Assembly: GCA_964016885.1 (NCBI GenBank)
Contig: OZ024761.1
Span: 13,206,001-13,270,000 of the forward strand
Source: Eledone cirrhosa
Taxonomy: Eukaryota
Reading direction: 5' to 3'
DNA: 64,000 nucleotides
The position numbers were made by a program, and so were the translations under genes. How positions within the stretch are numbered: position 1 is the first letter of the stretch; the number at the start of each line of letters is the position of its first letter. Shown piece after piece: positions 11,937 to 24,754 of the stretch. The notes beneath the pieces are model-generated. The model was not told where the DNA came from. It did not search any database and worked only from the letters and a program-made list of their open reading frames with translations.

Positions 11937-12585
11937 CACTCCAGGTAGAGTTGCTACTACTCTGAATTGAGAGATTCTAGCTCTGATATTACGGGCATGA
12001 GGTTAGAATGTCTCAGGAAAGAATCACAGGAGTCACTCCAGGTAGAGCTGCTACTTCTCTGAATTGAGAGATTCTAGCTCTGATATTACGGGCATGAGGT
12101 TAGAATGTCTCAGGAAAGAATCACAGGAGTCACTCCAGGTAGAGCTGCTACTTCTCTGAATTGAGAGATTCTAGCTCTGATATTACGGGCATGAGGTTAG
12201 AATGTCTCAGGAAAGAACCACAGGAGTGACTCCAGGTAGAGCTGCTACTACTCCAGATTGAGAGATTCTAGCTCTGATATTACGGGCATGAGGTTAGAAT
12301 GTCTCTGGAAAGAACCACAGGAGTGACTCCAGGTAGAGCTGCTACTACTCCAGATTGAGAGATTCTAGCTCTGATATTACGGGCATGAGGTTAGAATGTC
12401 TCAGGAAAGAACCACAGGAGTGACTCCAGGTAGAGCTGCTACTACTCCAGATTGAGAGATTCTAGCTCTGATATTACGGGCATGAGGTTAGAATGTCTCT
12501 GGAAAGAACCACAGGAGTGACTCCAGGTAGAGCTGCTACTAGAGAGATCGCAGCTCCGATACTATGGACGTGTGGTTAGAATATC
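11937..12585 (+). repeat. 97-bp tandem repeat (~6.6 copies) derived from an RTE LINE
   Basis: unit starts at 11937, 12034, 12131, 12228...; shares GGTTAGAATGTCTCAGGAAAGAATC with the 17093 element. Confidence 0.9.
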
Positions 12586-12712
12586 TTCCATTTATGTCCC
12601 ATAAATTCGAAATAAAAGAAAAGTTTATAATGTTTTTGACATGGGGTAGCATTTGTGTGTGACATACAGACAGTTATTATAATATATATATTTTTTTCTT
12701 TTTCTTTTCCAG

Positions 12713-12779
12713 AACTACATTCAAATTTCTTGGACCTCCTAAAATTTTGAAGAAAAAAGTTCGGAAAAACAACACCTGA
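12713..12779 (+). CDS. GTF2H3: TFIIH p34 last coding exon
   Basis: long pyrimidine tract plus AG; TTFKFLGPPKILKKKVRKNNT-stop (human TAFKISLPPVLKAKKKK); correct phase. Confidence 0.9.
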
Positions 12780-12905
12780 GGTATCATTATACATCAAACA
12801 TGAAGTTCTCAAGACTCCTTCAGACATCTGTATCAGCGGGTGGGTTTGGTTGGGGGATGCCTTCTGCCAGACTAAACACTTGACGACAGTCTATACATAT
12901 ATATA

Positions 12906-13781
12906 CGAGGTGGTATCAAAAAGTTCCCAGACTAGTTATGTTTAAAAAAATCTAATATATTTACCTAAGTTTTATCATCATCTCCTTTGAAATGGGTACC
13001 TTGTGCAGCAATACACCAGTCCCAGAGTCCCTGCCACTTTTGGAATCTGGCCTGGAAGTTGTTTTCCATAAGTGAGTCGAGGATCTCCTGCGATTCGATC
13101 TGGGTCGCAGCAATGGTGTTAAAACTGCGACTTTTGAGCTGCATTTTCAGCTTGAAGAAGAGATGGAAGTCCACAGGTGCTAAATCTAGCAAATAGGGCA
13201 GGTGTGGAAGTGATACAATGTTGTTTTTTGGCAAGAAACTCACGAGTAAGGAGAGCTCGGTGACATGTTCAATTCAGACCTTAGGATTGCCTGCATGGAC
13301 CCATACAACTGACCAACATCAGCAATATCTTTAATTGTCCTTTGACAATCTTCAAGCACAAGCTGATTAATTTTCTCCACAATTCCAAGGGTGAAGCTCC
13401 TGGCAGGTCTTCTAGATTGCTCGTCATCTTTCTGGGACGTTCTTCTGCTTTTGAAGCAGCCATGCCACCCGAAACATAGTGTACAACCCATTGCCTTGTC
13501 GCCGTAAGCTTGCCGAAGCGTGCTCAATATCTCTGTAGCAGACTTTGAACGCAAAATTTCATGTTGGCTTTTTGTTCCAATTTCCTGCTTGTGACAAAAT
13601 CCCGGGCTACAGCATACATGTGATCACAAAAACACACAAATTTCACAACTTGTGAAGTGAATATCACTTTGGCACACTGGTGCATGGCGGTCACTGCTAG
13701 TTCTCACTGCCCATACAACCATGTGTTGCCATCTGTTGGCGCACTGCAGAACTAGTCCGGAAACCTTTTGATACCATCTCA
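12906..13781 (-). mobile_element. Internally deleted mariner transposon
   Basis: TIRs CGAGGTGGTATCAAAAAGTTCC / GGAAACCTTTTGATACCATCTC with TA flanks; HTH remnant KSATEILSTLRQAYG; PYLLDLAPVDFHLF (YSPDLAPxD motif). Confidence 0.9.
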
Positions 13782-13910
13782 TATGTTCTGTGTCCTTCGT
13801 TTGTATTTTTATTTTTAAGAAATAATTTTTTAAGGTTTCTCCTTAAAAAATTGTTTTTTGTTTTGTTTCCGTTCGTTGTCTTGTCTTTTCTTTGTTAATT
13901 TTCTTAAGTA

Positions 13911-13958
<48 letters not shown>

Positions 13959-14295
13959 AGAAAATATATATAGATAGACTGTCGTACTATATATAAATAT
14001 ATATATATATATAAACGGAAAAAATGAAATGAAATTTCATTTCTCACTCTTAGTACGGTTGTTACTTAAATATAAGTATGTATACGTACATACATATATG
14101 TATACAGACGTACAGTAGTATGTATATATATATACTACTATATATATATACATACATGCACACACATATATATATGTACGTATGGATTCACCGAACATTT
14201 ACTATAATGCTCGGTGTGTTTGTAAACAAACATCCCGAATTAAGCCGTAGTGTCTAGCAACCATCGTTGTTCATTTGTTCAACACTGACAAAGGA

Positions 14296-14344
14296 ACGCT
14301 GTACTAGTTTCAATGCTGTACTTATTAGCTATCGTCAGCAACGT
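14296..14344 (-). ncRNA. Type I hammerhead ribozyme (family A, diverged copy)
   Basis: minus strand reads ACGTTG-CTGACGA-TAGCT...AGCATT-GAAA-CTAG-TA^CAGCGT; stem II imperfect. Confidence 0.7.
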
Positions 14345-17092
14345 ATACCTTCCTGCCAGATGGGTGAACGTCTGAAAGTATAAACTTTCCTTATACATAC
14401 TTATATATATATATATATAGACTGGTATACTTCATGATTATAATTTTACTCAAGTAAACAGACCCACTTGTGTACTTGATATAGTGCTCTATCCTACATA
14501 CAATAGTGTCGGTGATTAACTAACACATGCTTTACCTAATATTTAACTCCATATCTTAGACCCGTCCCACCCTTGCAAGCAGGGAAAAGCGGACGTAAAA
14601 TGATGATGATGATGATGATGATGATCTTGTTGAGCACTTCCTGCTGTAGCAGACTAAAGTCATGATGGAAAAATATACCAGTCTTGCATCACTAAAGGAT
14701 ATTCCACTACCAGGAAAATCTGAGTACACCAGGCTTCTCATTGCAGAAGCAGACTCGCAATACCTGCTAGGAATTTCTACATGAACAGAAAGTGTGCTCA
14801 TGAAATTGGAAGCCTGTTTCTTAGATAGGAATTACACCCGCTTCCGCTTCTGAGCATAACTTTGGATTCTTCATCTTCATCTTCACCCACTTTTTCCTGA
14901 GTAGGTCATGGAGGCAGAGTCCTCAAGTACTCCTCCCAGCGGGTCCTGTCAGAAGCAACCGTCTCCAACATGCAGCCAGCACGTGAACTACCATTTGCTG
15001 ATAATAGAGAGAGATGGAGGAGAGATGGTGGCAGTGAGTTTGGTTCCTTTGTGTTCGGACCTGATGTATATGTATGTTTCACAGACACACACTCACACTG
15101 AGGCAGTGTAGATATAAACTGATAGATTATTGTATTTCAACTTACTGTGATTAACCCTTTAGCATTTAACCCACCTATATCCAGCCAGAAATCTCTCACC
15201 TCTTTCTGTTCAAACTAGCCATAACTGGCCCCTTATATCAACACTAAGGTATTGTTCTCAAAATAAATAATATCATCATCAAAATCTCATAGATTCCATA
15301 TTATGTGAGATAAAGTCTTTACTATGAAAATATAATTGTAATGTAAATACTAAAGGGTTAATAAAAAGCCAGCCAACTGATTTTGTGTAGTACTAAAACT
15401 TGTGGTGATGATTCAGTGTACTTAAAACACTTGCTATTATAATTTCTTACAGACACTGATGTGGCAGGCTAAAGAAAAAGGTAATACTAATAATTATTGT
15501 AAACTTAACCCTTTAACATTTAAACTGGCTCTATCCGGCCAGAATTCACTCACCTCTTTCTACTTAAACCGGCTGTAACTAGCCAGAATTCTCTCACCTC
15601 TTCCTGCTCAAACCGGCCTGAATTCTCCCACCTCTTTCTGTTCAAACTGGTTGTAACTGGCCACTTATATTGTTGTTAAGGTATTGTTCTCAAAATAAAT
15701 AACATCTAAATCTCATAGATTCGATATTATGTAAGGTAAAGACTTTACCATGAAAATATAATAGTATATATAGAGTAATGTAAAAGCTAAAGGGTTAACC
15801 ATTTAGTTTTGAAACCAGCCATAATTCTATCACCTCTTTCTGTTCAAACTGACTGCTTGTACTTTTGTTAAGGTATTGTTCTCAAAATAAATAACATCAA
15901 AATCTCATAGATTCGATATTATGTAAAATAAAGCCTTTACCATTAAAATACAATAGTATATATAGAGTAATGTAAATGTTATGTGAGATATTATGTGAGG
16001 TAAAGCCTTTACTGTGACAATACAATAGTATATATAGAGTAATGTAAATGCTAAAGGGTTAAATATGCAAATGACTTAAAAAATTTCATAAACATTTTTG
16101 TTTTTCTTAAATTTTATTAACAAAAATTCTTGTGTCCAAAAGACAGACACAGTTAAACATAAACAAAATAAAAAAAAATTTAAAGTTGTTAGTCTCTAAT
16201 TAAATGGTTTTCTTTTTTCAACAAATTTAATATTTGGAATTTTTTCTTTTCATTTATTATATTTTTGTTCCTATTTTTTGTTAAATTTTATAAATAAGAA
16301 CCTCCTCACCCCACACACGGCTGGAACTTTAGGGAATAAATGGCAACAGCCAAGATTCTTGGAATAAATACAGAACTACATGTGTCTACTTCTGTTCTGT
16401 TCCTCAAAATTGTGCTTGTGTGTGTGTGTATATATATATATGTATGTGTATATATATATATATGTGTGTGTATGTGTATATATATATATGTTTGTGTATG
16501 TGTGAATGTATATATATGTGTGTTGTGCTCATAATTATTTTGGCATTAATACACTGGTTGGATGCACTTCCTAACACCAGTGTGTAAGTATATATATATG
16601 TGTGTGTGTGTAAGTATATATATATATGTGTGTACGTATGTATATATATATATATATGTGCGTAAGTATATATATATATGCGTATGTATATATATATATA
16701 TGTGTGCGTATGTATATATATATATATGTGTGTATATATATATATATATGTGTATGTATATATATATATATATATATATGTGTGTATGTATATATGTATG
16801 TGTGTGTATGTATATATATATGTGTGTGTGTATATAGGGTAGGGTTCTGGTTTTAAAATTTCTTTAAATTTTCCTAATTGGAATGTTTGTTGCATTAATT
16901 TTTCTTTTCCATCAAAATTTTCAAATCCTTTATTTTTTTTTAAATTTCATGTCTAGACCTTTATTTTGTTCATTTATATGTATTTTTGTATTTTTCTTGT
17001 TCTATTTTTGTTTCCCCATCACCCACCAACCCACCCACGTACACACCTGGCTTAATCCACTTGATTGCCAAAACTATTTTTTTAATTAAAGT

Positions 17093-17315
17093 GGTTAGAA
17101 TGTCTCAGGAAAGAATCGCTGGGCAGATTTTACAGGCAAGACCAACTGGCAAGAGACCCAGAGGTAGATCCCAAGCAAGATGGTTGGATAACATCCATGA
17201 GCTTGGCTGGTCATGCTTGTGGATTGAGACAGTTGCTTCGGAAAGGGCCTGCTGGAGGGAATGTTTGAGGACTCTGTCCCCCACAACCTTCACAGGAATA
17301 AGTGGGCGACGAAGA
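17093..17315 (+). mobile_element. RTE LINE 3' fragment (relatives at ~14865-14965 -, ~36850-37095 -, 42550-44690 +)
   Basis: VRMSQERIAGQILQARPTGKRPRGRSQARWLDNI motif. Confidence 0.75.
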
Positions 17316-18239
17316 AGTGTTCAGGAAGGAAGTTATATACAATTGTGGTGCCTGGCATGGCCTCAGTCTGTCGACTGGAACACTTAATAGTGTAAAGCCA
17401 CTATACTATTGTGGGAACCAACTCACGGGAGACACAATAGAGGAAGACCTGCTTAAACATTCATCAATCAATGTCCAGAATATACAAACCTCAGTAAGGA
17501 GCAATGGAAAATAATTGTTTCTACTTTAGGCACAAGGCCAGCAATTACCCAGTGCATTACTGGTACTTTATTTTATCGACCCCGTAAGGATGAAAGGCAA
17601 AGTCAACCTCGGCGGGATTTGAACTCAGATCGTAAAGGGACGTAACTATGCTGGAAAGCATGGCGTCCGACCCTCTACCGATACTGCCAATGGAATGTGG
17701 AAAGACTTTTTCAGGAATGTTGATTTAAACCGTCCATATCTGGCCAGAATTTTCTCACCTCTTTCTGTTCAAACTGGTCATAACCTGCTGCTCATACTGA
17801 TGTTACGGTATTGTTCTCAAAATAAATAATATCAAAACCTCATAGCTTTGATAATATGTGAGGTAAAGCCTTTACCGTGAAAATACAATAGTATATATAG
17901 AGTAATGTAAATGCTAAAGGTTTGAATAGGGACCCATTAAAATAGGTGATTTTGTTTCACAGAACCAAAGCTGGTTTTGCTTGGGTTGGTGTCAAAAGGG
18001 TTAATTCAAATAGAAAGCCATTAAAATGGATGGTTTTCTTTCATAGAACTAGAGCTGGCTTTTGGCCAGGCTGGAATTAAAAGGCTTAATAATGAGAAAT
18101 GTAGATATATTACTAAATCTCTCCAAATTCTTGATTATTTACAAAATAGTTTGAAAATGATAGGCAACAGTAGCTTTCAGTTGAAATATGATATGTAAAG
18201 GGTTAAACTGTACTAATGCCACTAAAGGGTTAAACCGTA

Positions 18240-18445
18240 CTAATGCCACTTTTTGACAGTCATTTGTTGATAACATATTAACCTGGAAACTGTACAGACC
18301 AGAATCAGGCCATTGATTATACTAAGTGATATACAAACGAGGCAAAAGGTGTGAAGAATGATAAGAATGTAGAAGAAATAGATGGACCCAAAGTTAGCCA
18401 GGAGAGAGACGAGGCTTTGCATGGCGATATCTGATTTGGTAAGAG
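18240..18445 (-). CDS. VKORC1: Vitamin K epoxide reductase exon 3
   Basis: ...ANFGSIYFFYILIILHTFCLVCISLSIING...KKWH-stop; CXXC active site and KKXX ER-retrieval tail; spliced CDS 498 nt, 165 aa. Confidence 0.92.
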
Positions 18446-19025
18446 CTGCAAGAGAAAGTGAGAGAGAGGCAGGGAATTAGATAAATGTATAATAGGAATA
18501 TGAAATATAGAAATAAGTGAGGATTAAAAAATTGATTATTTTCACTATTGAAAAACCATAACCAGTGTCTCATTATGGTAGCAAAAGGGGCAGTGGAAGG
18601 TCGGACGCCATACTTTACAGCATAGAGTTACGTCCTTTTATGGTCTAAGTTCAAATCCCGCCGAGGTTAACTTTGCCTTTCATCCTTACGGGGTCAATAA
18701 AATAAAGTACCAGTAATTGTACTGGGGTAATTGCTGGCCTTGTACCAAAAGTAGAAACAATTATTTATGGTAACAAAAAGGTTTATATTTCTCTAAAACA
18801 CTTCCGTAATCTGTCTTTTATTAATTATGGTAACAAGAAAGTTATCTAAATCACTTCCGTCATAATTTTATGTAAGAACCTTTAACCCTTTAGCATTTAA
18901 ACCAGCCATATCCGGCTAGAATTCTCTCACCTCTTTCTGTTCCAACCTGTTGTAACCAGCCGCTCAAGCCCACATTAAGGTATTGTTCTCAAAATAAATA
19001 ATATCTAAATCTCCTAGATTCCATA

Positions 19026-19467
19026 TTATGTGAGGTAAAGCCTTTACCATGAAAATACAATAGTATATATAGAGTAATGTGAATGTTATGTGAGGTAAAG
19101 CCTTTACCATGAAAATACAATAGTAAATATAGAGTAATGTGAATGTTATGTGAGGTAAAGCCTTTACCATGAAAATACAATAGTAAATATAGAGTAATGT
19201 GAATGTTATGTGAGGTAAAGCCTTTACCATGAAAATACAATAGTATATATAGAGTAATGTGAATGTTATGTGAGGTAAAGCCTTTACCATGAAAATACAA
19301 TAGTATATATAGAGTAATGTGAATGTTATGTGAGGTAAAGCCTTTACCATGAAAATACAATAGTATATATAGAGTAATGTGAATGTTATGTGAGGTAAAG
19401 CCTTTACCATGAAAATACAATAGTAAATATAGAGTAATGTGAATGTTATGTGAGGTAAAGCCTTTAC
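19026..19467. repeat. 60-bp tandem repeat (~7 copies) inside a piggyBac-like MITE
   Basis: TTATGTGAGGTAAAGCCTTTACCATGAAAATACAATAG... unit repeats in register with the 60-nt lines. Confidence 0.92.
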
Positions 19468-19879
19468 AGAATAATAATTGTTTCTACTTTTGGCACAAGG
19501 CCAGCAATTACCCAGTGCATTACTGGTACTTTATTTTATTGACCCCGTAAGGATGAAAGGCAAAGTTAACCTCGGTGGGATTTGAACTCAGATCGTAAAG
19601 GGACGTAACTCTTTGCATCAAAGCATGGCGTCCGACCCTCCTCTGATTCTGCCAATCCACCGCCCAAAATACAGAATAATAATAAGTGCTGGCTTGTCTC
19701 AAAAAAATGATTAGCTCTTCGTGAGGGCGCTTGGTTGTTAGGTTATGTTCCAAACATCAACCTCATCGTTAGATAAGTTGTCCCATTGTGAGACAAGTCA
19801 GATCAGGTAACTGTTTCTGGCTGGATACCCTGCCTAATACCAACCACATTTACAGAGTGGACTAGGTGCCTTTTATTCT

Positions 19880-20370
19880 GGCATCAAAACGAACAACTGA
19901 CAAGTTGGAGTGGATACTTTTTTATATCACCAGTACTACCACCTTACAAGGTGAACTGGGTGTTTTTTGTCATGTCACTAACACCACCATTTTACAGGAT
20001 GGGCCAGGTGTTTTATTTTTTGTCATGTCACTCACTAACACCATCACTTTACAGGATGGGCCGAGTGTTCTATTTTTTGTCATGTCACTAACACCACCAT
20101 TTTACAGGATGGGCCAGGTGTTCTATTTTTTGTCATGTTCACTAACATCATCACTTTACAGGATGGGCCGGGTGTTCTATTTTTTGTCATGTCACTAACA
20201 CCACCACTTTACAGGATGGGCCGGGTGTTTTATTTTTTGTCACCAACACGACCACTTTACAAGGTGAACTGGGTGTTTTTTGTCATGTCATTAACACCAC
20301 CACTTTACAGGATGGGCTGGGTGTTCTATTTTTTGTCACCAACAGACCACTTTACAAGGTGGACTGGGAG
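19880..20370. repeat. ~50-55-bp degenerate minisatellite
   Basis: CACCACTTTACAGGATGGGCCGGGTGTTCTATTTTTTGTCATGTCACTAA-like units. Confidence 0.8.
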
Positions 20371-20494
20371 CTTTTTGTTGTGTTACAAATTCCTCCAAAT
20401 TTTTTATTATTTTCAGAATTGCTTGAAAATCATAAGCAGTGCCTTTCGTTAGAGAAATAGTACCAAAATGGTTACCCAAGACAAATATACTCAC

Positions 20495-20604
20495 TCATAA
20501 ATATGTGCATTGCATAGAAGGCCATAGCAAATACACTATTGGGTTGGTTTAGTAAACTGTCTTCGGACAGAATTTTATCTACCAGACCAAAACCTCTGCC
20601 ATAC
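20495..20604 (-). CDS. VKORC1: Vitamin K epoxide reductase exon 2
   Basis: 110-nt exon YGRGFGLVDKILSEDSLLNQPNSVFAMAFYAMHIFM (human WGRGFGLV...ILNQSNSIFG); AG/GTGAGT boundaries. Confidence 0.93.
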
Positions 20605-21442
20605 CTACAAGAAAAAAACATAAGTTATATAAATAATCAATATTTATACCTGAACTCATCGTATATTTAAAGATTTTAATATATATATTAAAGTTAAAGT
20701 CTGTTCTAAGCCGAAGGTTCATCAGGCCAGTGATATTCCTGGTTTCCTTGGAGTTAAGCGACTGAGAGTACAAGACTCTTCCTGGATAGGACGCTGGTCC
20801 ATCGCTTAATTAACTTCCCAGCCGTTGTTAGTACTCACTCTTAGCTGAGTGTACTGGAGCAATGTGAAATAAAGTATTTTTGCTCAAGAACACAACACAG
20901 CAGCCTGTCCAAGAATTGAACTGATGACATTATGATTGTACGGCAAATATCGTAATATATATATATATATATATGGAGGCACATGGCTTAGTGGTTAGAG
21001 CATTGGCCTTGCAATCGAAAGGTTGTGAGTTCAATTCTCAGACCGGGTGATGTGTTGTTTCCTTGAGCAAGACACTTTATTTCACATTGCTCCAGTTTAC
21101 TCAGCTGTAGAAATGAGATGATAGGGACCCCAGTCCCTATCATCTCATTTCTACAGCTATCATGCAAAGTGGTCGTGGAGGTGCCACGGCAAAAAAGCAC
21201 CCACCACTCACTGTAAATGAGGTTGGTGTTAGGAAGGGCATCCAGCTGTAGAAATCAAGCCAGAGTCAGTTCCCGTCCCACCCTTGCAAGCAGGGAAAAG
21301 TGGACGTAAAATGATGATGATGATGATGAATTACAACAGTGACATAGACAGGTCTATGTCACTGTTGTAATTATTTATACTAAACTCGTCTTATGGACTG
21401 AGTGCCCTTACTCTTGGATATTTCCACTTAACTTTTACTTCA

Positions 21443-21509
<67 letters not shown>

Positions 21510-21896
21510 CGGACACATGTATGTTTATATTAGTGTTCATCTCTCTTGTATATTCAATTATATTACACGGGTCGGAAAAACGTTTTTCTTAGAGCTATTT
21601 AATTGTAAGAGACTACTTTGAGTTTCTAACTCAGTATATATATATATATATATATATATATTCATTTGATTTATTGATTTATTGATATTTTATCTGAGTG
21701 TCCCGAATCTACCAGATCGCAATTTTTCGGTCGTACGGTTATAGACTTGTTCTATGTGTGACGGTATTTTAACGATAGTTATAGCTGTGATTTATCTGAA
21801 TTATTGAGCCCTCTGCCGCTCATTTCGAATTTTGTTTATCGTGAACTCGTGCGCCGATTTTTCGATACTCGATTATTCTACTATATATATATATAT

Positions 21897-22740
21897 CAGA
21901 CTAGAGAGGAACGAAGCTTGCATGCTCCGCTGGATGTGCAATAGTAATATACGTGAACGGCAAAGCATAAACGAACTAAGGAAACAATTAGAAATAAGAG
22001 GGATCAGATGTTGTTTACTCAAGAGAAGGCTACGTTGGTATGGTCACGTGATGCGCATGAAAGACGACAGCTGTATAAAAAAGTGCAGGGCAATAAAGAT
22101 AGACGGTAGCCACGGAGTAGGCAGACCCAGAAAAACATGGGACGAGCTGATAAATTCCGACCTCACACGCTTACACCTCTCCAAGACAATGTCACTGGAC
22201 CGAGACCTTTGGCGGTACTCAGTAATAGAGAAGACCCGCCTTACCTAAATACAAAGTAAAAACCTACTACAGTCAGTAGGCATCTCTATCAACCCCCACC
22301 ACCTCCACCCCAACCACACCGCCCCTTTCAATGTAAAGTTATGTTGGTCCCACAACATCCAGGCCGAAACAAATGAGATCGTGTAGGTGTCACGACAAAA
22401 AAACACACAGTCCACGCTGTAATGTGGCTGTGTAGGCAACACGGTAAAAACCTCCCAGCCCCACACTGTAAATGTGGTTGGTGTTAGGAAGGGCATCCAA
22501 CTGTAGAAAACCTGCCAGACAGTCCACGCTGTAATGTGGCCGTGTAGGCAACACGGTAAAAACCTCCCAGCCCCACACTGTAAATGTGGTTGGTGTTAGG
22601 AAGGGCATCCAACTGTAGAAAACCCGCCAGACAGTCCTATGCGAGCAAGACAACCACTCTTGCCTCAAGTGGGAAAACCCCCGTCCAAACCCATGCAAGC
22701 GTGGAACACGGACGCTAAACCTGATGATGATGATGATGAT
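21897..22740 (+). mobile_element. RTE LINE 3' fragment with 3' UTR and (GAT)n tail
   Basis: LERNEACMLRWMC...RRLRWYGHVMRM...GRPRKTW; related to the 6 kb element. Confidence 0.82.
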
Positions 22741-23048
22741 ATATATACGATTTTAGGAAGCCGGAATACGAAATTTTTATACATATTGTATAAAGTTATG
22801 CTTGGAGCGAAATCCTATTTCTCTCCTATCTATATATATATATATATATATATATATAGGAACAAGTATGACCCCGACGGCAGAGCTCAAGCCATTTCGA
22901 CAGCTAATTCTGAGCTGAATTAGCGTTCAGAATTAGCCGTCGAAATGGCTTGAGCTCTGCCGTTGTTCCTATTACCCACTCTACTACCCTAAGTATTGAG
23001 TACTTTGGTGCGTTGTGGTCCACCTGGTTCCTTACCACATTTCCTTCG

Positions 23049-23087
<39 letters not shown>

Positions 23088-23378
23088 TTCAGTTGATGAA
23101 AGTTCGTTGATCAAAAATCCGCCGACTTTTTCGTAAACAGATGTGAAGCATTCTACGTTTTATATTCCCTAGGGTTTTCTCAGTAAGGTATCAACAGGAG
23201 TTTTAGTATAATAAATTAGAGAGACGGTACATCTTCATTTTATTATCTTAGATAATAAAACAATGTACGAATAAAACCGTCTCTATTATATATATATATA
23301 TAATTGGGGTGGGATGCTTAAAGCGTCCGTAAGCGGTATGCCGTTTGAGCACTCAGTGATCTTACAGAGCAGAGTATA

Positions 23379-23581
23379 ATATCACATAAGAAACAGAGAA
23401 TCAGTGGTGCATTTTTGGAAACTCTGCTTCTTAGAAGCGAGACATATCTGAGGATCTTGCGATTTCAGAGTCAGGTTCGATCATTGCATCGATCGTGCCT
23501 CAAGCTGGTCGCCAGAGAAACGATTGTAATATGTCTAATAAATCTTATTCGTCACACCACTGATTCTCCGTTTCTTATGTG

Positions 23582-23585
<4 letters not shown>
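23379..23585. mobile_element. Small element with ~30-bp terminal inverted repeats
   Basis: ATATCACATAAGAAACAGAGAATCAGTGGTG ... CACCACTGATTCTCCGTTTCTTATGTGATAT. Confidence 0.55.
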
Positions 23586-23611
<26 letters not shown>

Positions 23612-23614
<3 letters not shown>

Positions 23615-24314
23615 GCAGAGGTTATATTTAATTTGTTGGGATTCAACAAGCTTAAACATTTTTATAACTGATATAAAGAACTCAACAAGTTAGTGGAGTA
23701 AATATACAATATATTAATAAATGGAAACTATATTTATAAAACCATAATTATTTTATTATATATATTTCAAGGACAACGAAGGTAAATAATGGTGCACTTT
23801 CATCAGATAAAATACAGATTTGTTTTATAAATAAATATTGACATACAAGGAAAAAAGACAACCTTAACGGTTGTAATTCGCTGGATAGTGGAGGTAATTG
23901 AGGGTGATACAAAGTTGTGAGTGAGTATGCAAATGAGTGTAAGAAAATTTGAAAAAAAAACGGTTTATTTAAATTAAACTGTTGGAAGAAAATAGATGTA
24001 AAAGGGAGAGAGACAAAAAATTTATATATATATATCCAGGAAGCTCCAACCGTTAAGGTTGTCTTTTTTTCAGGATATGTCAATATTTATTTATAAAACA
24101 AATCTGTATTTTATTTTATCCGATGAAAGCGCACCATAATTTGCCTCGATGGCCCTTGAAATATGTATAATATAATAAATATGGTTTTATAAATATAGTT
24201 TCCATTTGTTAATATATTGTATATTTACTCCACTAAACTGTTGAGTGCTTTATATCAGTTATAAAAATGTTTAAGCTTGTTGAATCCCAACAAATTAAAT
24301 ATAACCTCTGCATA
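23612..24314. repeat. Imperfect ~260-bp inverted repeat of a hammerhead-bearing element between (TA)n tracts
   Basis: 23612-23875 versus 24046-24314; single copies at ~30440-30710, ~48240-48420, ~61435-61580. Confidence 0.85.
23749..23814 (-). ncRNA. Hammerhead ribozyme motif (family B)
   Basis: TATTTTAT-CTGATGA-AAG...CTT-GAAA-TATATAT-A^ATAAAATA on the minus strand. Confidence 0.65.
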
Positions 24315-24362
24315 TATATATATATATAGTTTTAATATAGATGAGATTCTACAGGACTAGAA

Positions 24363-24404
<42 letters not shown>

Positions 24405-24754
24405 ACGTTTTGACGTATGCCTATATGGCATACGTCAAAACGGCCGGTCTCAAAAGTGAAACTAATTTTTGACTGTTACGTACACGTTATAAGAGTTATT
24501 TAAATTTATATATATAAAATAAAGGAGCAAATAAGAGCATGACATGACATGAAGTCAGTCATGTGTGTGTGTAAACGAATGTAAAAGAATATATGTAGGG
24601 CATAGATAAGGTTTCCTAGAATTTTACACACACATATACACACACGTGTATATATTATAGTGTGTATGTGTGCATATATAAGTGTATATGTGTGTGTACT
24701 TTTACATTCGTTTACAAACACATGCACACATGACTGACTCATATCATGCTCTTA

